The position numbers and the translations under genes are program-made. A stretch of 64,000 nt of DNA, taken from positions 9,674,001 through 9,738,000 of the forward strand of contig NC_087250.1 of the NCBI RefSeq assembly GCF_037042905.1, read 5' to 3'. This DNA comes from Lytechinus pictus (Eukaryota). Of this stretch, positions 1 through 11,957 are shown in pieces. The notes beneath the pieces are model-generated. The model did no database searches and was not told the origin of the DNA. It was given only the letters and a program-made list of their open reading frames with translations. Every line of letters begins with the position of its first letter. The stretch's first letter is position 1.

Positions 1-1442
1 TGATACTTAACAGTGTTTATCAAACAATTATATTAAAATGTGTTTTTCCCATGGATTATAATGCAACCCTTGTAGGATTGTAACATCATTAATTGCAGTA
101 ATGCTTTACTTTGGCGAAAAACAAAAGTTACATCGCTGCAAAGAATACCTACTGATTATCCAAGCGTGAAGACAATATGATATCAAAGTATTCGGATAAG
201 ATGCTTTTTGCGGCCATTAATAATAATTGCATGTTCATGACATGCTTAAATTGGGTATTTGTGAGGTGTCATGTTTTCTTTTCTTTTTTCCTTGCACGGT
301 ATAGGCCAGGGCGAACATCCTGACTTTTTTTTTTATTAACTCGAGCCCTAGCAACTGACCGGTGATGTTTTTGACATTATTTCATTGTTTCTTTGTTTTC
401 ATCGCACTAAGGTCAGTGTTGTCGTCGTTAATAGGTGTGACGTCACCCCGCCTATTATGGAAATCCATCAATGTCACAATTTGTCCTCCAGAAAATATGC
501 AAAATGTCGTTGTGTAAACAAAGAGGATGCGAAGAATGCACCCGAAAAAAATGAATATACATGTACGTCATATTTTCAAAACGTTTGAAAAAAAACCATA
601 CTTTTGTGATTGCTGGTTGATCGGATCAATCGCAACTCTTTGTAAGACGGGACCCTAGATAATTTTTCCAGCGCAGGCTATATGTCTCAGTATTCATTAA
701 ACCCTACTTGAATTGCACTGAATCGAACATATAACCAAATATTATTATGAAAAAAAAAGTATGCAAAGCATAAAAACCAACCTTTCAAGATAATTATCAT
801 TGAGGAGGTGGTATGGTCACACAAAATTTTAAAATTAACATTAACATAAGATTTACATAATGAATACAAAACATATCGAATGTATTAATTGAATTAGTTG
901 GAATTAATTTTAAAGTAAAACACGGGAAAGGATTTGTCTTAGAATCACTTTCTTGACATCAAGACATAATATCCATGATGCCCAAAACTGATTTATATCA
1001 AGAAGAGTCACTGGTTCCAACTGCAACTGATTTCAAATACAAAGTATTTAAAACGCAACTCCTTGCCAAGAAGGATGGTACTTTTTTCCTTTAATTTAGG
1101 CTTCATGATTTTTTTTGTTGTTGTTGCATATTTTGCAATAGGGATTAGTTTATCTTCAAACACCTTCCAATGCATTGCCATCACAGGGAAGTCTCTAGCT
1201 AGAACACTGCTGAACACATTGGCATGACTGCGGGACACAGTTTCATTTCCAGTAGGGTCGTTGTGTTACAAATGGAAGGTAAAGAACGTAGAGGGCGCCC
1301 AATCTTTGCAGAGTGTTGATGCCCTCTGCGTTCTTCACATCAAACGATTAATCGCAAATCCTTAAATAGATTTCTCATTTATCTTAGGTCAGAACTGGGT
1401 TGTCTTTCTTCTCAAACGGTGAAAATATTGATATAATTTTTA

Positions 1443-1490
1443 GAAGAAGAAAGAAAGAAAGAAAGAAAGAAAGAAGGAAAGAAAGAAAGA
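1443..1490. repeat. (GAAA)n microsatellite
   Basis: Direct reading. Confidence 0.9.
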
Positions 1491-2572
1491 GGAAAAAACG
1501 ATATTAACCGCTTCACATAAAGATAGACAACAGAAATAATGAAAATCACAGCCAAGCTTTCTTGACTCTCAATATCGGAATATGTATATTGTATGATTAG
1601 GTGATATTTTTAGTTACAGCCTGTTTGTTCACATTATACGGGGAAAACTACGTTCTGGTTCTATATTTCATGACACCAGAGGCAGAATGGAATATGGAAC
1701 CAGAAGGTAGATATGTCCCGTATTTCGTAAGAACAAGCAGGGTGTAATGATTTTATCTCTTCAAGTGTATCCTTATAGTATTGCAGAATAAGGGAAATCA
1801 ATAAAATAAAACTATTTAAAAATGCAAAACCTGCATTTTTAGATGGTTTTTGAAAGGAAGTCACTCAGACATCACAATGATGGCAGTAAAAAGAATGCTA
1901 ATTTTGCCAGTGAAATTGGTGTTCAAATAGTAGTGCGCAGCGTGATGCTTGAATATGCACGTTATACGGCCTCATATTACGTGGTCGAAGACAGAACTTG
2001 GCATGTGTGTAATCAATGAAACAAAACTCGAAACAGGTAATGCGGACTCGATAATGCTGTTTGATCTTTGTGACCGATTATAGGTAAATACGGGTTTGTC
2101 TCACAAACAAATCGACCAATCAGATTACAGAATTCATGGGGGAAAAGCCCTCTAAAAAAGATAAGCTAGGCTCATATTACCTGTTTCATCTTTGTGACAT
2201 AGTATTACTGGTTTGTCTCACAAACAAATCGACCAATCAGATTACAGAATTCATGAGAAATATGGCCCACTGTAAAGAGATAAAAGCTGCCATCTGTAGA
2301 GGAGAGGTGCTTAGAAAAAGTTTAAGTGTGGCTTATAGCCGGAGAGCTAAAACAAATTCGTTTCACTCATCGTAAGGCATTTTGAAACAGTTATCAGTAT
2401 TTGACGTAAAGCTCCTTAGAATCATTCAATAAAAGGTCTTCCTCTAAGAATATGTTGCCAAAAGAATAACAAAGATGCCATCGGATACCAAGTAAAAAAA
2501 AAACACAAGAATTACACACTTCATTAGATGTTGTCATGCGTATCCTGATCGTACTGTGAAGGGTATGCAGCC

Positions 2573-2626
2573 CTATCGCATCGCAACTTCTGTAGTGACA
2601 ATTACTGGCTGTCCCCGGTTAGCAAC
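2573..2626 (-). CDS. 4TM gene last coding exon: VANRGQPVIVTTEVAMR*
   Basis: Strong acceptor tttttctctctcgttgcag|, phase 0, TAG at 2573-2575. Confidence 0.7.
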   Translation of the reverse strand, partial: VANRGQPVIVTTEVAMR

Positions 2627-2837
2627 CTGCAACGAGAGAGAAAAATATTCTAATAGTTTAACCTTTTCCATGGCTACAAAATATTAAGATTCGATCTGAT
2701 TTTTCTAAATTTCCCGGAATTTAGTGGTATTTCCTGGAATTTTTCAATCCTGAAGTCAGTCCAGTTAGGGTCTCACGGGCCTATTAACAGCGGGAATGCA
2801 ACAAATATTCATTTGAGCCAACCCATTCTCATTTATG

Positions 2838-2966
<129 letters not shown>

Positions 2967-3185
2967 GAAGAGTTTAGTTGCAAAAGGGGTTAGGTCCAGT
3001 TTGGACCATTCCGAGAAAAACCATGTTTTTTATTTTCACTTATTGCAATATTCTTATGAAAAACTAAATTGCCATCATGTACTAACCTACCATGTAAACA
3101 TAAAATCGGGTATAAAAGAAATCTACCTAAAATGTTCTTCCTACGGGATCGAGTTACCATTACAGAAATAGGAACAGAACCTTAC

Positions 3186-3311
3186 CGATGTTCTTCTTCT
3201 GCGAGCCTCTAGAGAGAACCAACCGTGGCAGCTATAGACCAGCCCGGCAAATGAGGTGATTACAGCCATGAATGTTATTCCGGCTAAAATACAAAACGGA
3301 ATGAAGACATT
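3186..3311 (-). CDS. 4TM gene exon, TM4: NVFIPFCILAGITFMAVITSFAGLVYSCHGWFSLEARRRRTS
   Basis: Acceptor ttctttat(c)n ag|, donor TCG|gtaagg, 126 bp, phase 0-0. Hydrophobic helix followed by a basic RRRR stop-transfer cluster. Confidence 0.8.
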
Positions 3312-3589
3312 CTGGGGGGGGGGGGATAAAGAAAAATAGTATTATCAATACGCGCTTTAAAAGGAAAATTTTACAATTGCAACAGGGACAGATTCTGCAA
3401 CGAGGTAAATCTATTGAAAATGCAAGTCAAACCACAATGGACAGGCGGATGGTTTATGTCGATAGTTCGTGCACACGGATAGCAGATCGTCCTAAGATTC
3501 GGTAATGTCGAAACATTGCAAACATATTGTTTGTCCAGAGTCCATGACACTACTGTTTTGATTTACCGATTTTCGACAAAGGCTTCTTT

Positions 3590-4150
3590 GGGGAGGGGGG
3601 GGGGGGCACTTCCATTGACGAGTGGATACCATGCGCGACCATGAGGTTTTGAAAAGCACCCTAAACACGTATTTTCCATATTCTGAAAATGCATCCCCTA
3701 ACAAGTATTCGCGTGTGAAACCCTACCCTCAAGAAGTATTGGAAACAAAACGATACTCTTGGCAAGTAGTCCCTAAAATGAACCCCAAAACAAGTACAGC
3801 GATATCATATGTCACCGGTCCGACGGTCGTCGGTTTTACCTTTGCACATCATTTGGTTTGGTAGGGCCCCACACCTCGCGCAAATCGGACTGTAAACACG
3901 TTATGTTTGGGCAAAAATACATCCTTAATAAAACATTTTAATTTTGTTTTATCATTCCAACAAATATGACACTAAACACGTAGCTTTTTCAGTAAAATAA
4001 TTACTCTTTTTTTCATTATTTTTGTTTTTTTGGACACCCTTATCACGTTACGTAGGTAACGTGCCCTATCTTGAAAAAGACATCCTTTTTACGTGTTTTT
4101 TGGTCGCGCATGGTATCCACTCGCCAATGTAGTGCCCCCCCCCCCCCGGG
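3590..4150 (+). mobile_element. MITE family A (poly-G/C TIR)
   Basis: ~40-bp TIR G(n)CACTTCCATTGACGAGTGGATACCATGCGCGACCA. Homologous to 4766-5285 and 9282-9843. Confidence 0.85.
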
Positions 4151-4219
4151 GGGGGGGGGGGTGACAATTGATTCTTAACGTTCCAGAAAGCGTCTGTGTA
4201 GTGTTGAAAAAACTCCGTA

Positions 4220-4530
4220 GGCCTGTATTCTGAAGTCAGGTTTAACTAAGACCATGGTCTAACACTGTGCTAAAATTATGGGAAGCCAAATGTGTCAACA
4301 TTTTGATTAAGTTGTATGTTTCTTATGTTTACTGTGCTCTTTCCTGATTCATCAATGGTGAAGACAATTATCTATTCATACTTCCTAGACAATTATGAAT
4401 AATTTGAGAGCTAAATGAGCTGAAATATTATACCTCTACCGTTAGTGACTTATGTGACAATAGGCTTTCCACACTTAAACCACAACTTTAAACCTGAGTT
4501 TAAGTTAAACCCAACTTCAGAATACGGGCC
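4220..4530. mobile_element. MITE family B
   Basis: TIR GGCC(T/C)GTATTCTGAAGT..GGTTTAAC. Relatives at 47708-48428 and 37157 onward. Confidence 0.85.
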
Positions 4531-4632
4531 ATAATGTTTTATTCAGACAAATGAAACCGATTACAGGGCCCCGTTTCATAAAAGTTACTATTACAATCCA
4601 ATGAAAACTACCATGGTAACGTTGATCATCAG

Positions 4633-4750
4633 CAGGTGCGGATCTGGGGGGGGGGGGGAGGGGTTCACGGGGGCACGTGCCCCCCCCACTTTGAGAAGCA
4701 AAATTAGAATTCCACCCCCCCCCCCTTGGAAAATCTTGGATCCGCCCCTG
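4633..4750. mobile_element. 118-bp hAT-like MITE
   Basis: TIR CAGG(T/G)GCGGATC. Perfect 8-bp TSD ATCATCAG (4625-32, 4751-58). Confidence 0.9.
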
Positions 4751-4765
4751 ATCATCAGCCAATCA

Positions 4766-5285
4766 CCGGGGGGGGGGGGGGGCACTTACATTGACGAGTG
4801 GATACCATGCTCGACCAAAAAACACGTAAAAAGGGTGTCTTTTTCACGATAGGGCACGTTACGTACGTAACGTGATAAGGGTGTCAAAAACACAAAAATA
4901 ATGAAAAAAGGGTAACTATTTCGCTAGGAAAGTTACGTGCTTAGGGTCAGATTTGTGGGGATGATAAAACAAAATTAAAATGTTTATAAAGGATGTCCTT
5001 TTTGCCCCAACACTACGTGTTTAGAGTCCGATTTGCGCGAGGTGTGGAAGGTGGCCCGTGACATACTGGTACCGGGTAACAATAAAATATGGTTGTACTT
5101 GTTTAGGGGTTCATTTCAGGGAAATCGTTTTGTTTCCAATACTTGTTAAGGGTAGGGTTTTACACGCCAATACTTGTTAAGGGGTGCATTTTCAGTATAT
5201 GGAAAATACGTGTTAAGGGTGCTTTTCGAGACCCCATGGTCGCGCATGGTATCCACTTGTGAATGGAAGTGCCCCCCCCCCCGGG
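4766..5285 (-). mobile_element. MITE family A, inverted copy
   Basis: Same TIRs. 8-bp TSD GCCAATCA (4758-65, 5286-93). Confidence 0.9.
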
Positions 5286-5603
5286 GCCAATCAAAATCAA
5301 GGATTCCATGCTAGTTACCATTGGATGGTAAAGTTACCATACATTTTATGCAACATTGCCCTGAAAATTATAATACAATTTCCACTGCCACACCACCAGT
5401 CGAGTTAGAATAGGTTTCATGTCTTTGTAATCATTTACTAATTCTAAATAGCGGGAGAAAGATGGGTGTTTTTGCATGTGCCTGTAATCCTGCAATGATT
5501 GTGTATTTGTATTGTGAAATATTGTGAAAACTCAATAACCCACACACGCACACCCATGTCACATCCCACACACAAACACATCCACGAGCACACATACATA
5601 CAT

Positions 5604-5940
5604 TGTGGAGGTGCCGTGGTGTAGTGATTCAGTCACTCGACTCTTTAACCAAAGGTCGAGGGTTCGAATCCTACGGCGCTAATGCCCTTTGGCAAGGCAC
5701 TTATCCACGTCTGTCATTCTCCACCCAGGTGATAAATGGGTACCCGTTACGATGTGAAATTCAATGTGATGATAGCAAGTGTGCACCGATAAAAACAGTT
5801 GCATGACCAGGATACTCCCTAGGGAGTGGAAAAGAGGAGTTTATGTGTGGAACAGTGATGGATCCTATGACCAGGGTAATACTATTCACCAAGCGCTTTA
5901 AAAAGAAACTCTGAAGCGCTATATAAATTTAACTTTTAAT
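5604..5940 (+). mobile_element. tRNA-derived SINE
   Basis: A box TGGTGTAGTGA, B box GGTTCGAATCC, conserved core CACCCAGGTG..AAATGGGTACC, AT-rich tail. Confidence 0.8.
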
Positions 5941-5950
5941 ATTTTATTAG

Positions 5951-6541
5951 GGTTACACTTCGTAATTCCGAAGGTTCTTTATTCCGAAGGTTCGTAATTC
6001 TGAAACACGTAAATTGCCTATACCTCGATGTTTGTTAATCCGAAAACGTAAAAGGGTTCGTTAATCCAAACATTTCTGGCGTTATTCCGAAGGTTCGATA
6101 ATGCGAAAACGAAATAAGGTTCGATGTTCCGAAGGTTCGTTAATCCGAAAATGAAATAAGGTTTGTTGTTCCGAAGGTTCGTTAATCCGAAAGGTTCGTT
6201 TATCATTTCGTTTTCGGACTAACGAGCCTTCGGAATTACGAAACTCATTTCGTTTTCGGATTAACGAACCTTCGGAATCACGAACCTCACTTCTTTTTTG
6301 GACTAACGAACCTTCAGAATTACGAACCTCATTTCGTTTTTGGACTAACGAACCTCCGGAATTACGAACCTCATTTCGTTTTCGGATTAACGAACCTTCG
6401 GAATTACGAACCTCATTTCGTTTTCGGACTAACGAACCTTCGGAATTACGAACCTTCAGAAATACGAACCTTCGGAATAAGTAACCTTCGGAATATCCGA
6501 ACCTTCGGAATAACGAAGCTTCGGAATTACAAATGTATGCG
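5951..6541 (+). mobile_element. Foldback-like TIR element built from CGAACCTTCGGAATTA subrepeats
   Basis: Perfect 8-bp TSD TTTATTAG (5943-50, 6542-49). Internal ~42-bp tandem expansion. Confidence 0.88.
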
Positions 6542-6569
6542 TTTATTAGTATACAGGATTTGTGCTTAC

Positions 6570-6689
6570 CAAACATCCGTGACAGGAATCAGATAGTATT
6601 CCTCCACGTACAAGCGTGTTGATGTAATATCCGCAAGCTCCTACACTTCCAAATGTTGACAGGGAGCACAATATCAGGAACGCCACAAC
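6570..6689 (-). CDS. 4TM gene exon, TM3 plus Cys-containing loop: VVAFLILCSLSTFGSVGACGYYINTLVRGGILSDSCHGCL
   Basis: Acceptor atatttcag|, donor TTG|gtaagc, 120 bp, phase 0-0. Confidence 0.8.
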
Positions 6690-6715
6690 CTGAAATATTT
6701 CATTAGACCAATAGA

Positions 6716-6893
6716 CCAGGTGAGTGTTTCATAAAGCTGTTCGTAAGTTAAGAGCGAATTTAAGAACAACTGGTGGTCCTTTCTTGTGGAAAATGCTATA
6801 TTCATTGGCGATGGTTAAGCGCGTAAGAAAGGTTCACCAGTGGTTCTTAAAGTCGCTCTTAACTTACGAACATCTTTATGAAACGGCTCCCAG
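6716..6893. mobile_element. Short palindromic MITE
   Basis: TIR GTTTCATAAAG.TGTTCGTAAGTTAAGAGCGA. Confidence 0.8.
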
Positions 6894-7780
6894 TTCGTAG
6901 TTACTTCATGGACAATTTTGGTCAAATGACCTTTGATTTCTTTCATTATGATAGGCAGATTTCAAAGCAAAATATGACGTAAGCTTGCCTTACATAGCAG
7001 GATGAAGAAATTGAATAGACCGGGTGACGAGAATAGCACACCAATGAACACTCTATGAAGGTATTTGCTGCATTTCTACTTTGAATGCATATCATATAGC
7101 ATGTTGCACAATGTACTTGGCAAACAGTGAAATACCAGTCGTTGTGGACGCATTGTTTTTTGTGGATGTGAATGAAAAACACAATTCAAAATAATATATG
7201 AATAATCAAGACATCGAAGTTGGTGCTTATCTCATTAAGATTTTAAACCACCATTTTACTTTAATACAAATGACATTCCCGTGATCATGCGCAGAGTGGA
7301 ACTACGAACTGGCTTATTCCTGTCACAGGAATTGTCCGTATGGTGCATACTTTTATCTTTTTACCATAGCACTTTGAAAAGTCCGTGCGTCGTTAAGCAG
7401 GAATCAAACTCTCAGTGGATATACAATATTTTTTTTAATGTCTTCAATGGAATATGGACGCATAAAGAGAGGCAGAAAGGATAATACACTGAGAATGGAA
7501 AGTAGCACATGAAACAATGTGTGTAATATAACAATCTACGAAATATTGACAATGATGATTATAATGTAATGATTTTATATTCCGTTCCGAATCTAGTGTA
7601 ACTATTCCAAGGAATTCAAATATTATCTACTTATTCATAGTACCAAATACAGCTGTTTGATTTCAAAATAAAATGATTAATTATGCATAATCAATTGATA
7701 ATATTAAGTTTTATAAAATTGAAAGTCTTGATTTTTTAATTTTATTTCTAACAACAATGAGAAAATACAACAATAATTAC

Positions 7781-7837
7781 CGTCCACATATTTTTGGATA
7801 TTGTTGCAAGTCCAGCAAAGGCAGTGACAATGTAGAG
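7781..7837 (-). CDS. 4TM gene exon, TM2: LYIVTAFAGLATISKNMWT
   Basis: Acceptor tttattttttt cag|, donor ACG|gtaatt, 57 bp, phase 0-0. Confidence 0.8.
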
Positions 7838-8251
7838 CTGAAAAAAATAAAGGGAACGTGGATTGTGTAATACTATGCCCGTTAAAGAATCATCCAATAC
7901 AAGATTTTAGGACTCAATGCTTGCTTTAGAACTTTGCGTAATTCCCTACGTACTGATGCGGCATATGACTTGTTAATAGAACATTTTTGGCAAATATCCC
8001 TACGATAGGAAACAGCGCGATGGGAAGCTCCCTAAATACTGATCACTGTACAGAGTGATATCCTTAACCAATACAATAAGACGTACCCCAGGGTTCAGTT
8101 GTCGTACCGCTTTTACTCAAATTGTGTGCATCACCTTTAGGAGTTCACTGGTTCCTATATGCATACCATGCAACTGTTTTATATTCTTTAAAAATAAAAC
8201 GTAACAAGGTATCCGTGCAAAAGTCGGGGGGTAATAACAGCACTATCATCT

Positions 8252-8397
8252 GGGGCCCGTTGCAGAAAGAATTGCAATCGATCGCAACTCTAAAAATCAT
8301 GCGCAACTTGATTTTCAACCAATCAACAGCAGGCATTAGGGACTTGCGATTGATTATTTGACTTGCGTTTAAACGCAACTCTTTCTGCAACAAGCCC
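8252..8397. mobile_element. Short MITE
   Basis: TIR GGGC..GTTGCAGAAAGA.TTGC. Confidence 0.75.
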
Positions 8398-8612
8398 TTG
8401 ATCATGTAAAGCAGGGCACGCTGGGAAAGTGGAACCCTGGGCAAAATATGAAGTTGTTAATATCATTATCATTTTTATCAACATTATTCCAAACTAAGCA
8501 GGAATGTTACATTCTAATGGCCTACAGCCACTTTTAGAGCCAAGTTTAAATTGTCATGATTATATTGGTTTTGTAAATGTAGGGCATGAAAGGAAAAGTT
8601 TGATGTACTCAC

Positions 8613-8729
8613 CGCACCAAGGCTGAATTCAATCTTGTAGTATCCGGCTATAATACCGCATGTCACCGCACCGACACCATACATCAGCATCCATACCGCG
8701 GCGTGTGTAAAATCATGGACATCAATATC
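8613..8729 (-). CDS. 4TM gene exon, TM1: DIDVHDFTHAAVWMLMYGVGAVTCGIIAGYYKIEFSLGA
   Basis: Acceptor ttcctgaaatag|, donor GCG|gtgagt, 117 bp, phase 0-0, open frame with a hydrophobic helix. Confidence 0.8.
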
Positions 8730-9281
8730 CTATTTCAGGAAGGGATGACAACATTGAAGGAATAAAAGAAAAAACCCAGAACAATTGAGTATATGAATAT
8801 TAAGTATAAATACATTTAGCCAAAAGGCATCAGAGAACATCATAAAAGCCCCCTCACACCTGACCGAATATAGGCGGACGAAGCGTGACGAATGGGAAAA
8901 ATGCACGACATGCTCGCGAATTCAACGAATTCAAATAAAATTTGCGTAAAATCATGCGATTAGTAGCTATTGTCAAATGTTATCAACGAATGGTAAGCGA
9001 AGTATAAATATAACATGCGAATGATATAGATTTTTTCGGTTCACCTCTTTGAGTAAACTGCAGCCGAAAGCGAGCGAAGGGTTGATATATTACCAAATGA
9101 GCAATGGTTCAATATGGAGTGCGATTAGAAACGGAGACGAGGGAATATATCGGGCGTTCTTGTACCTTTGAGTCATCGTGTTGCTTTGTTAAGGATTCTT
9201 TCAAGATCGGTGCACTTTGGCAAAAGCGCGATGAGGGACTATGCGCGACAATAAATCACGAACGGTAAACGAACGATTATT

Positions 9282-9843
9282 CCCGGGGGGGGGGGGGCAC
9301 TTCCATTCACGAGTGGATACCATGCGCGACCATGGGGTCTCGAAAAGCACCCTAAACACGTAATTTCCATATTCTGAAAATGCACCCCTTAACAAGTAGT
9401 GGCATGTGAAACCCTACCCTTAACAAGTATTGGAAACCAAACGATACTCTTGGCAAATATTCCCTGAAATGAACCCCTAAACAAGTACAGGAATGTTTTA
9501 TTGTTACGGGTCCTTCGGTCGTCGGCTTTACCTTATTTTGGTTTAGTACGACCCCACCTTCTACACCTCGCGCAAACCGCGGACTCGAAACACGAAGTGT
9601 TGGGGCGAAAAGGACATCGTTTATAAAACATTTTAATTTAGTTTTATCATCCCCGCATATTCGACCCTAAACACGTAATTTTCCTAGCGAAATAGATACC
9701 ATTTTTTCATTATTTTTGTGTTTTTGACACCCTTATCACGTTACGTACGTAACGTGCCCTATCGTGAAAAAGACATCCTTTTTACGTGTTTTTTGGGTCG
9801 CGCATGGTATCCACTCGTCAATGTAAGTGCCCCCCCCCCCCGG
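9282..9843 (+). mobile_element. MITE family A, nested in another TIR element (~8847-10094)
   Basis: 8-bp TSD CGATTATT (9274-81, 9844-51). Host TIR CCC.CACACCT.ACCGAAT. Confidence 0.9.
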
Positions 9844-10934
9844 CGATTATTGCAGACTAAATATGAGATGCGAATTAAAACAGATGACCAACGATTTCTC
9901 AATTCGTCGGGAACTTTTAAACCTGTTTAAAATTTCTGCTCGAATTTCAATAATCGCAGCTGTTAGTTCAGAAGGTGTATGTACCCTAAAACACGAAGGG
10001 TAAATATGATTTACTATCAGTTACCATTGAACACGATTTTCACCAGCCATCGCAAGGCATATCTCAGGCAATTCGGTTAGGTGTGCCGAGGGCCATAAAA
10101 TAAATTTAAGTGCATATTTTATGAACATTAATATCCACGTTACTTGTGGGCGGGGCCTTGTGTCTGGTGAATTTGGGTCGTTTTAGAATCATATGAACGT
10201 GTGTCATTCTTACATTTTTATATATGGTAGACTTATGGAGTAAGGAGTAGAAGTAAAGAGAGAGGGCGCTATGATATGAATGTAAGAAAAGCCCCAGTGC
10301 GCTCCTGCGCTTGGGTTTTTCTTACACTCGTACTAGATTTTCCTCCTTTATTAAAGGCATTTTGAGATGATTTCAGATTTATCATTAATACACATGACAA
10401 GTCATTGTATAAGGAACAATTTCCCATACTCTATTTTGCAAAAAATTGGGCCTGACCGTAATATTCAGATACTCAATCATAAGAATGCAATCGAAATGAA
10501 AAATATGTACATCTATATTCCATTACATTTAGTTTAAAACCAGCGAATCAATAGAGATTAATGAAAAGCATTGCACAAATATAACTGACCATAAATAGAG
10601 ACAACAAAGAGTACAACCCTTAGTTTCTTTACTGATAAAGATCATTATTATTAGAATGTATGATATCTTGAAGTTCTTCATAAATTTAAGACGAATAAAA
10701 TTGAAGCTCTTGCAGTATATTTTCGGTGTCTTTACAGAGAAAACATTTGTCTATTAAAGGGAGTACACAAAGCTACAGAATATATATAGTACAGACAATA
10801 TTAAAGAATATAATAATTCACCCTGGGTCGCCACATCATTTCTAATGAACTGTTTTCCAAGAGAGCCCGGGGGAGGATAAAATCTATTACGTCAAGCTCT
10901 TTGACCATAAACTTGAACCATAAAATGTTAAATA

Positions 10935-11330
10935 ATAATAATAATAATAATAGTACATTTCTTAAAAACGCATAACACCTACATGTACAGGTCTTTATGC
11001 GCGAGTGACTAAATCAAACATTCTGAAAGAGGTGGGTTTTTAGTTGAACTTTGAATTTCTCAAGCTGGGTAATATTTCTTATTGTCGGTGGTAGAGAATT
11101 CCATAGTGCTGGTGCAGCTTTCTGGAAAGCCCGATCCCCATATGATTTGGTCTTGACAGTAATTTCAGAGAGAAGATTTTGTGAGCCAGAACGGAGATTA
11201 CGCTTGGGTTTATGCATCTGGACAAGTTCTTGAAGATAAGCAGGGGCAATACCATGAATACATTTGAATGTTAATATGAGAAGTTTATATTTGATCCTTG
11301 ATCGAATGGGTAGCCAGTGAAGGTCAGATA
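10935..11330 (-). mobile_element. L2-type LINE 3' fragment
   Basis: LHWLPI...YGDRAFQKAAPALWNSLP...LKTHLF, then an (ATT)n tail. Confidence 0.85.
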
Positions 11331-11501
11331 AGATAAGATCAGATCAGATAAGATCAGATAAGGTCAGATAAGATAAATTAATGGTAAAACCCCATGTCCA
11401 GAGAGGAATACAAAATAGTAAGCGGGTTACGTCATCAGCCTCTCATTTGCATACCGAGCAGGGTGTGCATATAACTGTTTAGTGAAATTTGGGGAACCTA
11501 A

Positions 11502-11957
11502 AGGGGGAGATCACCGTGAAGAAAAGTATGATGAAAAAATAGTAGAAAAAAATAATAATAAATGTTGGTGAGGATTTGAGGAAAATCCACTAAAGATTAA
11601 AAAAATTATTATAATTGACAGTTTTGAATTTCTGACGTCATAAACGAGCAGCTGCCCCATATGCTATATTAGACTGCTCTAGAAATTGTTTCTTTTGTAT
11701 ATAGAAACGGATATGAAATAATGTGTCTATTGATATACTGAAGGTACAGCAAAACCATGTTCACTTTTCTGAGAAAATGACTACCTTGATTTTTACATAA
11801 TTATGTAGAAGAGCTGCTCGCATATGACGTCACAAATCAAATAATTAAAATTCTTATGTCTTTTTTCTTTAATGGATATTAACAAACCTTCGGCAATAAT
11901 TTTAATTATGATTTTTTTTTACAATAAACTTTTTGTCAGGGTGATTAACTTCCCCCC
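11502..11957. mobile_element. TTAA-type (Kolobok-like) MITE nested in a fragment of a related family
   Basis: (C/T)TAA-AGGGGGA...TCCCCC-TTAA. Flanks 11420-11497 and 11962-12040 rejoin to a family-C segment. Confidence 0.7.

Noticed and set aside
5360..5445. Candidate extra exon of the 4TM gene (ELVNDYKDMKPILTRLVVWQW)
   Set aside because: Phase is incompatible with the flanking phase-0 exons and there is no good donor. It is unnecessary once the 3311 acceptor is used.
5604..5690. tRNA gene
   Set aside because: A and B boxes are present but there is no complete cloverleaf, and it continues into a SINE core and tail. The same holds for the other tRNA-like heads.
6082..6576. 164-aa repetitive ORF (RNSEGSLVRKRNEV)n
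   Set aside because: Translation of the 42-bp internal repeats of a TSD-flanked non-autonomous element.
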